Source of the DNA: Basidioascus undulatus
Lineage: Eukaryota
Direction: 5' to 3'
Assembly: GCA_000826855.1 (NCBI GenBank)
Contig: JTLS01000058.1
Coordinates: forward strand, 1 to 56,390
Length of the DNA stretch: 56,390 nucleotides
Positions 12,352 through 29,300 of the stretch are shown here, one piece after another. Under the pieces are notes generated by a model that searched no databases, was not told the DNA's origin, and was given only the letters and a program-made list of their open reading frames with translations. Position numbers and translations under genes: made by a program. Numbering within the stretch: the first letter of the stretch is position 1; each line of letters begins with the position of its first letter.

Positions 12352-15204
12352 TCACAGGGGCTTGCCGGCGAGCGTGCGCTGGAGCATTGCGAGCCCCGCT
12401 ATTGGTACAGAAGCCTGATCAGCTCGATGGACAGATTGGAAGGCATCTCCTCAATGCGCACCTTCAGGCTGGTCCTGTGGAGAAACCTAAGTCAGCTCTT
12501 TGTGAACATCGGAAGAACTGTAATTATTAGACAAACCCAGGGGACCATATGACCAGCTCCGTTGATGGTCGAGAAAGTGAAGCCATTCGCAGAGCGGGTC
12601 AAACCCGCCACACGTCCCTCGACACTCCACTCGCGGAGAGGCTGGGCGTTGAACGCCTCCTTGCCGGACCACTCGAGCATCGACGCCCAGCGCAGGTTGC
12701 CGACCTGACGTACGAAGACAAAGTCCCGTGAATGAGTAAGGAATGAGATATAGGACATGTGGAAGTCGCAGGAAGGCAGCGCACCCAGTTGCAGATCTGC
12801 ATGAGATACGGGGAAAGGAGAGGTCAGTGGGAGAATTATAATGGGAAGTATGACAATGTAGCACCCAGTCCAGCGTTCCGACATAGAGGTGGACGTTGAT
12901 GCCACGCTCCAGCAGTTGCGCAACATACAGCTGAGTCGGCGCGGCCCCTACACCTTCCCGTGCGGGTTCGTCAACAGCGCTCTCCACCATTATCTGCTAT
13001 TGAAACGCACTGTCAAAGTTCCCGTTGAACTCGCGGCCGATGCGGTTCGAGCACTGTATCGTCAGCGGGAAAGTATGTCAAGCCCTAACTAGACAGCACA
13101 CGGCGATAAGCCAGCGACGCACAGACTTGAACGGCCCCAGCGCCTTGGGCACGCCGAGCTCCTTGCGCAGCGCGGGCTGGTCGAGATAGGCACGGATAGA
13201 GCGTGTGATGGGGTAGCAGAGGTCCTCGTCCAGAATGCAGTGCTGTTGCGCATCACACATTCGCCTTCGTCAGCCTGCCGGCGCTCGTCACGCTCGGAAG
13301 TGGTGGCGTACCTCCTCGAGGTTGTACCTGTTGTTCATGAATTAAATGAGCAGGCTGAAAACCGAGAAGATGAGGTTGAGGAAAGGGACGCAACGGGTTT
13401 CTCTCAGCGGTGAAAAGCGGCTCGTCGAAGACGTCCGAGCACCACGACATGGCTGCCTCGCAGCCGATGCGGTCGAAGTGGTTGACGCACTCCCGGTCGA
13501 GCCACGCTTCGCAGCGAGGAATCTATGCCGAGGCGATAAGTCAGGTCGGACACCTCAAAGCAGAGCGCAGCGGACTTACAGACGCCTGCAGCTTGACGCA
13601 AGTCTTGACATCTGCGATAGGCGCGAGGCCGGTACCATTCGCACTGATGGCGTTGGGCTTGCACATCATGTCGTACGACGACGTCAGCTGGTGGATCGAG
13701 TCCGTGATGCCGTTGCCGATCAAACTGTTTGCGGACGAAGCGGGACGGGTTGAGCACGTAGGTGGAAGGGTAAGTTATTCTGAAGGTGAAGGGGAAGAGG
13801 ACTCACACGTTCGTGAGGTTGATCTGATGAATGGGAAAGTAGCGGTGGGTCAGAATGAGGGATATAGGGCTACGGGAGAGCGTGGAACGCACAGGCGTAA
13901 GCCCCTTCTTGACCAGCTCTCGGTTCTGGTCAACGACTTCGGCCGCAAAAACCGGCAAGTAGCGACCTTCAACATCACAGAGTGAGCCAATGAGTTATTT
14001 GTATCATCTTTTAGTATGATATGGAAGGTCCAAGGATGGCGAAGGCGGGGAAAGCGGCTCAGGGAGACCAGGACGTACCGCCGTATGACTCTCCGGCCAT
14101 GGTGAACGCGCGGCTCTTGAACTGAGAGAACTGTTGGATGACAGAGAATTAGCGGCTGTAATGACGCGATTGAAATATCTAGTGCTACTCACCGTCTCAA
14201 AGAAGATGGAGATGAACGCGGCGGCTGTGAACAGTCGGTAGTAGAACCCTCCAAGATGTGCTGAACATTAGAATCAATGCCCATTGCTCACCATCCACTG
14301 CAGCCTCCTCCGTCCGGCCAACGTGCTGGCCATGTTCGCTGTACGAGAAGCCGACGCCGATAGGGGAGTCAAGGAAGAAGAGGTTGGCTGTCCCGATCAA
14401 AACATGATCAGCGCACTTGAGTCAGGCCTCGCGAGGGAGGAAATCCAAATTCCAAATTTACCGTTGGAGTTCCACGCCCACGGGTTCCAGGTGGTACCGT
14501 TCGAGTTCTCGAGGTCCGCGTCCTGCACGACACGCATAGGCCCCTGTGCAGAGAGTAGACCGCGTTCAGTGCGAATGCGACCGCGGGAGGGAGGGAAATG
14601 AGTTACGAGCTCCATAAAGTTACCGAGGCTACTTGAGCATCCAGGACCTCTGTCGCGATTTGGGTGAGTATGAGTACGGAGGCCAACGAAACGTCAAACA
14701 TTCATTATTACCCGTTGATCCACCTGTCGAGGGAATGTCAGACCGGGCGAAGCTAGAAGACGCGAGAGAAGACGAACATGATCACACCGTCTTGGTCCGG
14801 GTTCGAGCGAGACTCATAGAAGGTGAAGAAAAGATGACGGTCGCCCGCACCAACTCTATGAGCGTCATGTCAGTATGTGAAGGCATGAGACTCGGCGTAG
14901 GCTGTTGGAAGCGTACTCGAGGTAGCCGCTGTCTGTGCTCCTCCGCCTCACATTCAGCCTGATCCGCGAATGAACACTTAACGGGGTTGAAGCACTCACA
15001 GCTGCGCACAGTCGGGTCACCAAAAGTCCCTCCTCCACTGGCATCATGCGCCTTGATGCGGATGGAGTGGTTCGGCCACGCCTTGTGCGAGAGAGTCGTG
15101 AAGTCCTCTGCGATGTCCGCGTCTGGGTCGTTCAGCGGCAGCTGCAGTGCTGCGTGTGCACTGAGCGGCAGCAGGGCGCCAAGAAGAAGAGAGAAAAGAA
15201 GCAT
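12352..15204 (-). CDS. Secreted/vacuolar serine carboxypeptidase (peptidase S10, carboxypeptidase Y-like)
   Basis: Signal peptide MLLFSLLLGALLPLSAHA, then WINGGPGCSS, LFFLDSPIGVGFSY, catalytic GESYGG, IGNGITD, YVGTLDW and GAGHMVPWDQPE. Multi-exon; stop TGA at 12352-12354. Confidence 0.93.
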
Positions 15205-16287
15205 TTGGGGGAGGTGGTGGTGGTGGTGAGGAAGAAGGGGAAGCCCGAGCTCCTGATAAGGGGGAGTGATGGACACGCGTGTTGCACGCGAGCGTGATCG
15301 CGCGATGCCGATCAGCCGAGCCGTCTTCAACCGTCGCAGTCGAGCCGATGTACGTCTGCCGAAACGGCTGTCGTACTACGAGGTAGAACTGACATCGGGT
15401 TAAATATCTATATTGAAGATTGCGATGACTTTTGATACAACAGAGACCATGTCCGAGGATTGTTCGGGCCGAACAAGGGAGTTTCTGAGACTGCAGCTGG
15501 TCAATCCCACACGTCCATCAGATAGCTAAACACAGACTCCAACCTGATAAGCGACAGATTGAAGGGAAATTTCCCACATTGTGTTCCGACGAGCGAAGCG
15601 ATAGCCAGCATCTGCACCTCCCAATACACGATTGGTCCTCTGCACAATGTCAGGTCAGCTGAGCCGAGGGATGCCCTTTCGCCTGATTGGCCGTATTTGC
15701 TTTTGTTGATATTTTATTTCTGTGAATTGGAATTGCATTAGTTATAATAACATCTGGCTGCGTGACGGCGAAAGAAGGAGACGCTGGGGAAACCTGTGGC
15801 TGTGAAAGACACGAGAGTAGCCGGAACTCCTGAAAGTCCCCTAGCTTTCTTTCTGAATGTTGTAACCAAGCTGACGTTGACCTATTTGCTTCATGCAGAT
15901 TTTAGCGATGTAGGCAATGTTGCCACTTAAAGGACGATTGAGGTGTGTCGCACAGACTTCCGGCGATGCGTCATAGAGTTCTACTGGCTGAAACGCGGTC
16001 TCCTCTCCCTCGAGCTCTTCTCTTCTCCCTGTTCTCCCTCCTCCCGCTCACGCTCTAAAGCTTTGTTCTTCAATTCGGATCTCACATCGCCTTATTGCAA
16101 CTGTTAATCTCACTCATACCCCCCGAGGGCTCCCTTCAATTTCGCACATTAGTCGACAGTCATGCCACCCGACGTTCGCTTTCGCGGTCTTCCCGACCTA
16201 CAGAATCAACTCATCAGGTCCACTGCTGGTCCTATTCAATTCGATGTTCCTCAATATCATCCCATCTCAGCTTTTTGCTAGGGTATA

Positions 16288-17130
16288 ATGGACTCGTCTA
16301 CGCCAGGTGCCGGACTGTACATCGACAAACTCAATCAAACAGACATCGTTATCATCATTCGATCCGGACCATCGACTTTGGTTCTTCACGCGGACGTCTG
16401 GATGACTTCCGGTGGCAACTTGGCCGATGCGCTGAGGGCACTCACCCGGCAGTCGTCTTTATCTGCTGATACAGAAGTCATCTCCTTCAATATGCCCGAG
16501 GCGAAGCATGTTGCCACTCCTGCTTTAAAGGACTCTCTCGGTTCTCAAATGCCCAGTTTACTGGCGTCGGCTACCCGCACAACCATTACAATCTCCTTCC
16601 TCGATTCACTTCGATGTCCATCGAAAAATCAGGTGGAGCTTTACGCGCTCCCAGCGCGCGCAAGCCGTGGTACGATGCCGGAGATGCGGCCGCCATAGGT
16701 TTCCAGTACGGCGGTCGCCTGCAGTTGATCATGCGTATGGTTTCGGTCATCGTTACCGGAACCTCGGACAACTGGCTGCAGTACGGCGTCGATCGCTATT
16801 CCGCGATTCCTGCGCTCGATCAAACCACACGCCTCGTCTTGGTGGCGAGGCGAACTGCGTCAATCTCGTATTCGCATCCTTGCGGACGCCCAAAGCCGAT
16901 CTACTGTGCCTTTCGGAGAGCCGGACCCTCGGATCGGTATGCAGTTCCGCACCGAAGCGGAACTGGATATTGCTTGTGGCGCTATCGAGTCTCTTTTCGA
17001 CCTTGTCGGAGCTTTGTGCGAGGTCTGCCGAGCGCCTTGTCAATGGATGTGCCGGGGCTACAAGCGCGCAGCGTACTGTGTCCCTGCGCATCAGAAGAAC
17101 ACTGGCAGGAACACAGGGAGGTGCGTACTT
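16288..17130 (+). pseudogene. Frameshifted MYND zinc-finger protein relic
   Basis: Coding-like sequence is split across three frames. The end reads CEVCRAPCQWMCRGYKRAAYCVPAHQK, frameshift, HWQEHREV, which fits MYND spacing with the fourth Cys replaced by Tyr (TAC). Confidence 0.6.
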
Positions 17131-19820
17131 CAGATGCTATCTCCGCTTGCCCGGAAAGATTATGAGCATGCTTGCTTCTCGTTTCTCCTTGCAGTGGTGT
17201 AAATAGCAGCGGGCATGATTCTCTTCGCCGCTGGAGATTCACATGGGGTTCTTTGGTGCAGAAACGTTAATCCATGACATGCATAGAAGCCTTGTCTGCG
17301 CTATTGAGTTCTGCGTTGTCTTGCGTTGCGCACGGCAGGGCACCCACACTGGACTGCGCTCGCCGGTTCGCGTCTTTCGTAGCAGCTGAAAATGTTACAG
17401 TATGAAGAGCCTGAGGCCAGTCCCTTATTTGAAATTCACTTTTGTTGAATACATGATGGACTGTGCAGCATTTAAGTTAGGCAATCGAACGACTGGGGAC
17501 TGGGGACTGGTCGCAGAATCTCCGCAGATTCGTCAAGTAAATGTCTGGTGAGAAAGAGCTGCTTCCGATAGAGAATACCACAGGAAGAGATAATGAGCGT
17601 AAAGACCTCCTTAGACTCTCCTTATGGAAGCCGGTGTCAGCTGGAAAGGGAGACACATATCGGTTAAGCATGGAGCGATGTGCTGTGAGTCCCGCAACAC
17701 GGGCTTTTGAGAGTCTGTCTGTCAAGGTTAGCAGTTGTGACCTGCACAGGAGACGTTACGAGCAAGCTTTTACAGGGTTGCAGACTCTCATGAGAATGGA
17801 GGCAGAAAATGGTCAGCATACACACCAAGGCGTCCTGGAGGTGTGACCTCCTGCTAGAATCCAACGACTCATGTTGGGTCTGGTCTAGATCAACCATCCT
17901 TGCCTGATTTTACTGCAGGCCTATTTGGAGATTTGGATTATTCGAAAAGAAATTGACAAATAATCTGAACATGTGGCGTGTATTTCCCAGCGATTGTTTC
18001 TCACCCCTCGGATGGGCAGCCTTCTGTTTGCGACAGGCTTGATTGTAAAGTATAATGCACCAATATGAGAGAAGAGTTCTATAACCCCCCTCCACAGCAA
18101 TTCAAATCCCTTTGGCTCCAGATCCCAAAGCACAAAAGCAAGCAGTGCGACGGAAACAAACATCTTCCTTGTTGTGCAAGTCGATCATCAACCCATTCTC
18201 TGCCTGTGCCTACATGTAGAGAAAACCACTGCTTTCCGCCAGTTTGAGACACTTCTTTACCCTAGGGTAATCTTCCCGGACCATGGGAGATGGCTACCCT
18301 TGCGGGCATGGCCTGTGAAGACGCTTCAGTCTCGTTGTCAGCCAGGGCTGCCGCAGGTGCTGGGTGCAATTGATCAGAATGACACTTTAGGCATACTTGA
18401 AAGCTTACTTCTCCCATGCTGCCTTTATTCGATCATTACCTTCCCAATGTGCAGCCGTAACGGTCCTTCAGTCCTTGTTGCCATCTGGGGCTCATAGACC
18501 CAATATGCACCATACATTACAAACATTCGCATCAAGTTCCAAACCTGTAGTAAGATAAATGTCTAGGGAACTGTTGGGGGGCGGGGCCTCGGGGTTTGCT
18601 GCACCCTTCCGGAAGGCCTCTCAAATGTGGGGCGTGCGCAGAGGTGCACAGTGAGCGCCGACTGCCAGTTCCAGCCTTTGTCCTCATCGTGATCCTTGAG
18701 TTTATGTGGGTCAGATTCAGAGGAGTGGTAGGAATTACCCGCAAATAATTGCACGAGAAGCCAGGAAAAGAAGCAGGGCTTCTGTTCAGCAACCAGCATT
18801 GCAGCTTTCGACGCTTCAGCGTTTTCTTTCCTATCAGTTGCGAGGGTTTAAGATAATGCTAAGGTCTTCATGACACCATGCATTAATTTGAGTCAAATAG
18901 GCCCTCCAATACATGCAGTACAGAGTCTAGGCGGTGTGCGAAGCGCGGTGGTGTTGCCTGAACAAGGGACGGCCCTCGCTCGTCGGCAACGTATGCGAGG
19001 GCCTGAGGGCGAATTGCTACTGAGACTGTGATAACTATACTCTGATAAGGCACTCTTTACACGAGCCTCAATGTCACGTAGGCCGCGACCAAGGCTAGAG
19101 GACAGCGTCACGCACGCAGCGCGGCACTCGGAAGACGTGGCTTCAAGTGCCGGTGGCAACTGTTATACGTTTTCAGAGCTGTTGGCTGATAGAATTTCCA
19201 GAAGATTTTCAGTTGGCTTCCTACACACCGCCATTGGTACACATTCAGCGAGGGAGCACGCAGGGGCGCGCCACACGCCATCGGACCCCGACGAGCATCT
19301 TGGTTGCAGATGCGTAGATGTGCCACAGAAGTAAGGGACTGACGCTGAAGAATATGTCTGAAGCCCCTTTCATCCCTGCAACAGGAAACGGGGATCTGTT
19401 CCCAACAACCGTGTCCAGGAACCAGCTTTCGAGTGGCAGACTGGACCTCATCCAGCCAGCTTATCCGACACATCCAGCACGAAACGACAGTACCACACAC
19501 GTTTTATCAGGAGTTCCAGCAAATTTTATCGGTCTGACAACGTGGAAAGCGACGCGCAAGCGCATCTGCACTGTGCTGAGCTGAAGGAAAGGTCGAGAAA
19601 CGAGTGTCACCGGCCTTACGACGGCGTGCCTTTTATCGCAACCCTAACGTCGCAGCCGGGCCCAGCTAACGTCACCTTGGACTTGCGTAAGGTCGCCATC
19701 GCACAACGACATCTTCCTCCAGTCACACCCACACCGACACACCGGGCACTCTCCAGTTTCCTTTCTTTTATTCCTCCCATCACCTACACTTCCCCTCTCC
19801 CCCCGCCGCAGTAGCGCATA

Positions 19821-23126
<3,306 letters not shown>

Positions 23127-23651
23127 GTTGGGGTGGAGTCGAGTTATGGGATCGGGTCGGGCGGGGTTGAGGGCACCTTGCGCGAGTGATGATACGCTGC
23201 GTTCGGTCGCCTGTTCTTTTAATGTAAAATAGAAATGCGAGAGCTTTTCCGATTCTGTTTGTGCGGCTGCGCGGGTGTGGGACTGTGCGTTCGAGGGGCA
23301 CTGTGGCAGTCTAGGTCACAGACGTTGAGATCGTTCGAGTTCTGATTGGTCTTGAAAGCGCTCAACTTCGGCTCATGGTATCTTCACGTTCTGTCTACCG
23401 TCAGCACTATTGCGTGCGCATGGGCATTTTGCAGCCTCAACGCGTCGCATGCATGACATGCCGAAGCGACGAAGGCACAGCCAGGAAGGCAGCACAGCTA
23501 CGTCTTTTCACGTTAATGCAGTGTGCCACGCGCATAAAGATGGAGAATTGGCTAGTTCTTTTGTCTCCAGCATGGTTGAGATCGAGGGGCAACTATATCT
23601 ATTCATGAACAGTTCTAGTGTTCGTCTGTCGCTCCTAGACCCGCTCGCTCC

Positions 23652-25109
23652 TTATTCCCTTCCCACCGTCCCGTAAACTTCCTTCCTTCTCTGGTCTGCG
23701 ATGCCCGATGCCTCACGATTGTCAGCGCCGAAAAATGTGTGTCTCTCACCAGACGGGATACGCACCCCACAACGGCATCTCCCTGCGGACCCGCGCAAGT
23801 TGATCGAGGTCAATGTCCGCGAGCGCCCAGACTGGCTTGTCCGTCGTCGACGGCGTCTGCGCGAGCACGTCACCCCAGGGAGAGACGATGAGCGAATGCC
23901 CGTACGAGACGCGCGTGGGCGTGTGCTGCCCTCTACGGTGAACGGACGGAGAGAGGCGAAAGGGGAAGCAAAGTCAGCAGGTGAGGAGGTACAGGGTAAC
24001 GAGAGAGCGAGGACGCACATTTGCGCAGCAGCGATCACGTATGTTTGAGTCTCGATTGCACGCGCACGAAGGAGTGTTTCTGACGGAAAGGATGGAGGAT
24101 TCGGGTCAGCGGTGCCATTCCCAGCCAGTCGCGATGGTGCAGCGAGGAAGACGAACGCCAATGCGCAGCGCCCTGGAGTATGACACGGCTTCTGATTAGC
24201 TGGCATCGCGAGTAATGACCCGGAGATCACTTACGGTCTTTACGGTGAAAGCTGAGGGGTATGTGATGATGTCGGCTCCTTTCCGACGAAGGATGAGAGA
24301 GGGCTCAGGGAAGCTGAAGGATCGACGCCCGAAAAGCGTATGTGTGAGAAGGTCTCTCGAGAGCAGTGGCTAGGGGTCGACATACCGCAAGTCATAGCAG
24401 GTCAGAGATCCGACTTGAGGGAAGCGTGAGCAGTCTGGGTCTGGCAGTGTGGAGCGAAGTGGACGCACTGGCGCCGATCGGTGATCGGGTGGGTTCGATG
24501 ATCTCCTTCCCTGGCTCAGTGGTGTTGCTTTCGAGGATCTTTAGCCCTCCTTTAATGTCCACATCAAACAGGTGTAGCTGTTGATGCCACCCTCCTAGTC
24601 AGGTTGGCGTAATCCGGACGTTGATAACCATGTTGATTCACCCACCTTCCGGTACGAGCTCTTCACCTCCCCGTCCGCCCCGATGATAACATGGGTGTTC
24701 CAGCAGCGGTTGTCCGTCGCTCCAGCCTCGTGCACACCGACGGAGACGAAGACATTTGCGTCTTGCGCTGCAGCGCGCAGAGGCGTAAGGAACGATGAGG
24801 ACGCGAGCGGCTCAGAGAGCTTGGGCACGTCCGTCGCCGCTGCGATGAAGTCTAGTCGCATTGGGTCTATCAGCTTGTTTGTACAAATCCAAAGACAACT
24901 TGATTCTTTGAAATGCAGACCGGAAGCCTCTGGCAAGAATACCGCCTTCGCGTCCGCCTCATGAGCTCGCCAGCCTATCGGACCTGACAGAAAGGGCGAC
25001 GCACCTTAGCACCCTGCGCCGCCGCTCCCGCTATAATCTGCACGCAAGCCGCTACATTTTCGCCGATGGTTGGCACGGCGCGAAATTGGCCGACGGCGGC
25101 GAGGACCAT
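23652..25109 (-). CDS. NIT2: Carbon-nitrogen hydrolase, Nit1/NIT2-type (deaminated glutathione amidase-like)
   Basis: MVLAAVGQF, catalytic triad motifs FLPEA (E), YRKLHLFDVD (K), TCYDLRFPE (C), then YPSAFTVKTGAAHW, LLRARAIETQTYVIAAAQ, SYGHSLIVSPWG. Confidence 0.88.
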
Positions 25110-25693
25110 GATGTGCTGAGGGCCGTGAGGGTGATGGACGTCGAAGGGCAAGATAGTGGCTTGATGACGCGATCTTCGAAGCTCGTTCGACGCGAAGACG
25201 CATCGGGTTTGTTTCTTTTCTTTCTCCCTTTGCTGGCCGGATACCTAGACAAACAAACCCTAACGAAAGCACGGATTCCTGTACGTTTTTAGATTATTTC
25301 CATGCGAGGGGCTCGCCGCATTGGTATACCTTGGCAGTGACCAGCCTGGCCCTGATGCGCAGTGCTTTCCAGCGGCCTGTCACTTTGTGAGATGGTAATA
25401 GTGTGGCGTGCTTCTCTGGATGGGCTATCCAGGAAGCAGAGGCGGTCTACAGACATCTAGCCCAGAGAAGGTATCTTAAGCTTATTTGTTAAGCACTTGT
25501 TGTAAAAACCACACACAACCGAGGTTCCAGACCACTGTGCAGCTGGGCCAGCAACAGTTACCAATACATGCCTTCCGCGACATGGTAAAGGACTCTACTC
25601 TAACCCACTCGTAACCGTTGAGAATGCTTGCTGTGTTACTTAGACAAAGCAATATGCAAGATATATTGTTATTTCTCGAACTGTATGCAACAC

Positions 25694-25766
25694 GGGCATT
25701 TGGTGTAGGGGCTATCACATCTCATTCGCATTGAGGGGGTCCCCGGTTCAATTCCGGGAATGTCCA
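25694..25766 (+). tRNA. tRNA-Ala, anticodon CGC, intronless
   Basis: Acceptor stem GGGCATT/AATGTCC with the G3:U70 alanine determinant. Anticodon arm TCTCA-TTCGCAT-TGAGG, T arm CCCGG-TTCAATT-CCGGG, discriminator A. Confidence 0.93.
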
Positions 25767-25774
25767 TTCTTTTT
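25767..25774 (+). terminator. Pol III oligo-T terminator of tRNA-Ala
   Basis: TTCTTTTT lies immediately after the tRNA 3' end. Confidence 0.6.
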
Positions 25775-26342
25775 GGTTCTTTTCCTGTGTTCAGTTTCAA
25801 CAAGTGAATAGGCAAAAGAAACGGTTGAATGCGTAACACTCTTGTGAAATTCCCAACTGCTGTCCACACACATGGAGCGCTCAGTAGATACTACAGGAGC
25901 GCCTCTGAAAATGTTGCGCCTGCAGGTTGTGTGAATTTCATCCAGACAAGATTTCATGGGCGTTGGCTTTTCAGAGAGTGAGGAAGTCTGGGAGTGATGT
26001 ATGACTGTGCCGGGCCGGCAATGGGCAGTGATCGCTCCTCCAAGTAGCATCGACTTCAGTGCACTACGTTGCTTGAATTTCGTGCTCTTGGTGGATGGAT
26101 CCACATAAACTTGAACCTGTCAGCTTTTCTTCGTTGTGAAACGCGTATTTTGTGACAGTCTGCGCGGTCTGCGCCCGCCAAGCAGTCGCGCGTCGTCTGC
26201 GCGTGTTCCGACTTCGACGCAGGAAGCCTTCCTTGCTTGCCTCTTGCCTTCATCTTCATTGCCATCTTCATCTTCTTTCTCTCGCCCGCACATTTACTGA
26301 CATTCGCTCATTTCACACCGGACTAACGTGATTTCTATACCT

Positions 26343-29300
26343 ATGCTGCGCCCTACGACGCGCCTCATTCTTCGCCAGCCCACGCTCCTTTCCGTCCGCC
26401 CGCGCCTTCTCCCTTCCCCGGCCCTCCAGCACCCCATCCTCCGCGCGCTGCACCAGACCCCCGCGCGCTGGGACAGCCCGTTCTCGCTCGAGCCTTCGCC
26501 GGGCCCGCAGGTGACGGGCGTGAGCGGGCTGCCGGAGGGGAAGGAGGAGAAGGAGGACAAACGGGGCAAGCGGGAGAAGCTCATCGATGCGCTTGCGAAC
26601 AATCCTGCGTTCGCGGCGGTTGTGAGCACTCTGCTCGGGCTATCTGTCATCTTTGCTTGTGGCGGGATCTATATGGTGAGTTGGCGGAACTGGTGGCCGA
26701 GGGTTGAAGGGATGAGGCTGGACTGGGGAGCGAGAAGACGCTTTTGATCTCCCCCATTGCAAACAATATACACCCTCCCCATATCTTTGGACCCATCCGG
26801 ACTCCCACTAATTTAATTCCTCCTTCTAACAGGCCTGGTACAAATGGTCCATCGTCCGTCATCGCCTTCCCCATCACCCGGTCCTGCACCGTCTTCTCAC
26901 CTGCCTCACACTTCCCACAGCTGAACAAGATGGAAGTAGCCTTCCAAAAGGGGTCCGTATACCGTTTTTTCCCTTTCTACATCCTCCATTTTCTCACTTC
27001 CGCTCACGCCTATCCTCCAGCTATGACCCCGCCCTCGAGCGTGCGCCCGCTCTCCTTCCCCCTTCACTTTTCCCTTCCTCTCCCCCTACTCTCTACAACC
27101 TCACCCTCCGCCCCTTCTCCAGTGGCGAACCTCGCCGACCACGTCGGCCCCGAAGCATCGTCCACGCACATTGCGCGGCCCGAGCAGCCCATCATCCGGC
27201 AGATCATGCGCGGCGAGTGCCCGGGGCGGTACTTTCTCATCCTGGGGAGCAAGGGCGTGGGGAAGGCGACGATGATGCTTGAGTGCGTGAAATTCTCTTT
27301 TGGGGCTGTAGGAAGGTGCTGATGATCTTTTGCAGTGCGATGCGCGAGATCGACGCGGACCGGATAGCAGTGTGTGAGGCGCATCCGGACTTGGAAGTGT
27401 TCCGCCTGCGCGTGGGGAAGGTTCGTCTTCGTTACTGTGCAACCTGCATATATTCTTGATGCTGATGTGAAGATGAGAACAGGCCCTGAACTACGAGTTC
27501 CTCGAGGTACGTTTTGAGCGTGCGTGCCCTTGAGCAAGAAGAAGACGCTGATGTAGGCCGGGGATGGCGCAGGACTTCTATGGCGCTCTGTGCGTCCTGT
27601 AGTGGGAAGGAATGAAGATGCGGGTGGGTTAATTGACGCCTGGTGACGACGAAACAGATTCCAGGTATGTCTGTGTTTCTCCTGCGCTTGCCGCGGCGAG
27701 CATCATTGCTCATGTTCTGTTGGGTCCATAGCGCCGTGAACCCCGGGATGGTACGATTCCCGTCCCGTTGTACTTCCCTCCTTCTCACTTACACTCATGC
27801 TCAACTCGGCCTCGCCCGCACCAGCCGGCCCCCTCCTCGACATCGAGGTCCGCCTCCTCTCTCTCCTTTCTCCCATCCCATCGCAACCGGCCGTCCCGCT
27901 GATTAGAAACCATGAACCTTAAAAAGCGCGCAATGAGCAAGCTCGAAAAAGTTGCCATGCGCATCCAGCAGAAGACGGGGCACCCGATTGTCTTCGTCTT
28001 CGTCCGTCACCTCACCTCTATCTCCTCCTCTCCTCCTTTCCTCCACTTCTCCCTGCTCTTTCCTCTCCAAACAAGTCTCAAACTTACGGTGCGATGAAAA
28101 CAGAACAACATGCACCTCTTCCCGAACGACGAGACGGGCGCGGCCGTCATCCACCAGCTGCAGCACCGCGCCGAGGCGTGGGCCGAGAGCGGGATTGCGA
28201 CGTTTGTCTTCTCGTCGGACGACTTTTGGGTGTTTGAGAAGGTGCGCTCGATCTTCCTGCTGCTCTCTACCCCACGGCCCCCCTTCGCTCCCCTCCCCAC
28301 ACCTGTTTTGCGCTGTACGACACATCCTTGGCCTGGCTGCTGGAACAGATGAAGAAGGTCAGTCTGACTTAATTCCATGCTACCGCCACCCTACCAACTC
28401 ACCGTCACCCCGCACGAACAGAATGCAAACCGCCTCTCCGTCGTCTCAGTGTACGATCTCCCCCGCGCAGACTCGATCGGTGCACTTGCACGCTTCCGCG
28501 CCTCGCGCTTTGGGGCCGCAGACCCACTTCTCGCTGCACCGGACAAGGGCGCATCGGTGCTCGAGCAGGTGTACTCCATCGTCGGCGGGCGCCTTAGCCA
28601 CTTGAGCCACGTCGCTCGCGAGCTCGACCCTCTGGCCGCGGCGCAAAGGCTGAAGGAGAGGGAGAAGGCGTGGCTGTTGGCACGCATAGGTTTGATAGGT
28701 GTGTGTGTGTGGCAATGGCGAAAGCCCTAGACGTCGAGCCACCGCTTACGCTGGCGCGCACCGATAGGGGGTGATATGGACGATGATGTTATGGACGAGC
28801 AGGTTTGTGGCCCCCGACAGCTCCTGGGCAATGCTGGGGGTGCTGGGACGCAATGGGACACTGATCCCGCCGGGCGGGGTCACAGAAATGGTCCTCGTGC
28901 TCGTGGCTGCTTCTCCGCAATCTCGCTCGCCAGCGCATCCCAGGAGACGCCGACTCGGCAGAGACGGACACGGACGCGGATGCGGAGGCGCAAGATGGAG
29001 GAGGGGAGGACGCGGGCCCGCCGCTCGAGGCGGACCCCGAGCGCGTCCCGCACGTGAGCTATTATAAGGCGCGGCAACTGATGACGCGGACAGGTACGTT
29101 GTTGCGGTATTGAGATGGAGATGGAGAAGAGAGAGGGAAGAAACAGGGAGGGAGGAGCACGCTGATCCGGGTGGGACCGATTTACAGACTTCTTGGAACC
29201 GCTGGATCACGCGAATATCATCGCTATTGACGTGCGTCCCTTTTCCTCCTTCCCTTCTTCCCTTCTTCCCTTCCTTCTCTCAGCGCTGAAGCTGATTGAC

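Noticed and set aside
28975..29060. Suspected frameshift in the P-loop gene near the GGAGGAGGGGAG tract
   Set aside because: Recounting codons shows the frame continues (QDGGGEDAGPPLEADPERVPHVSYYKARQLM).
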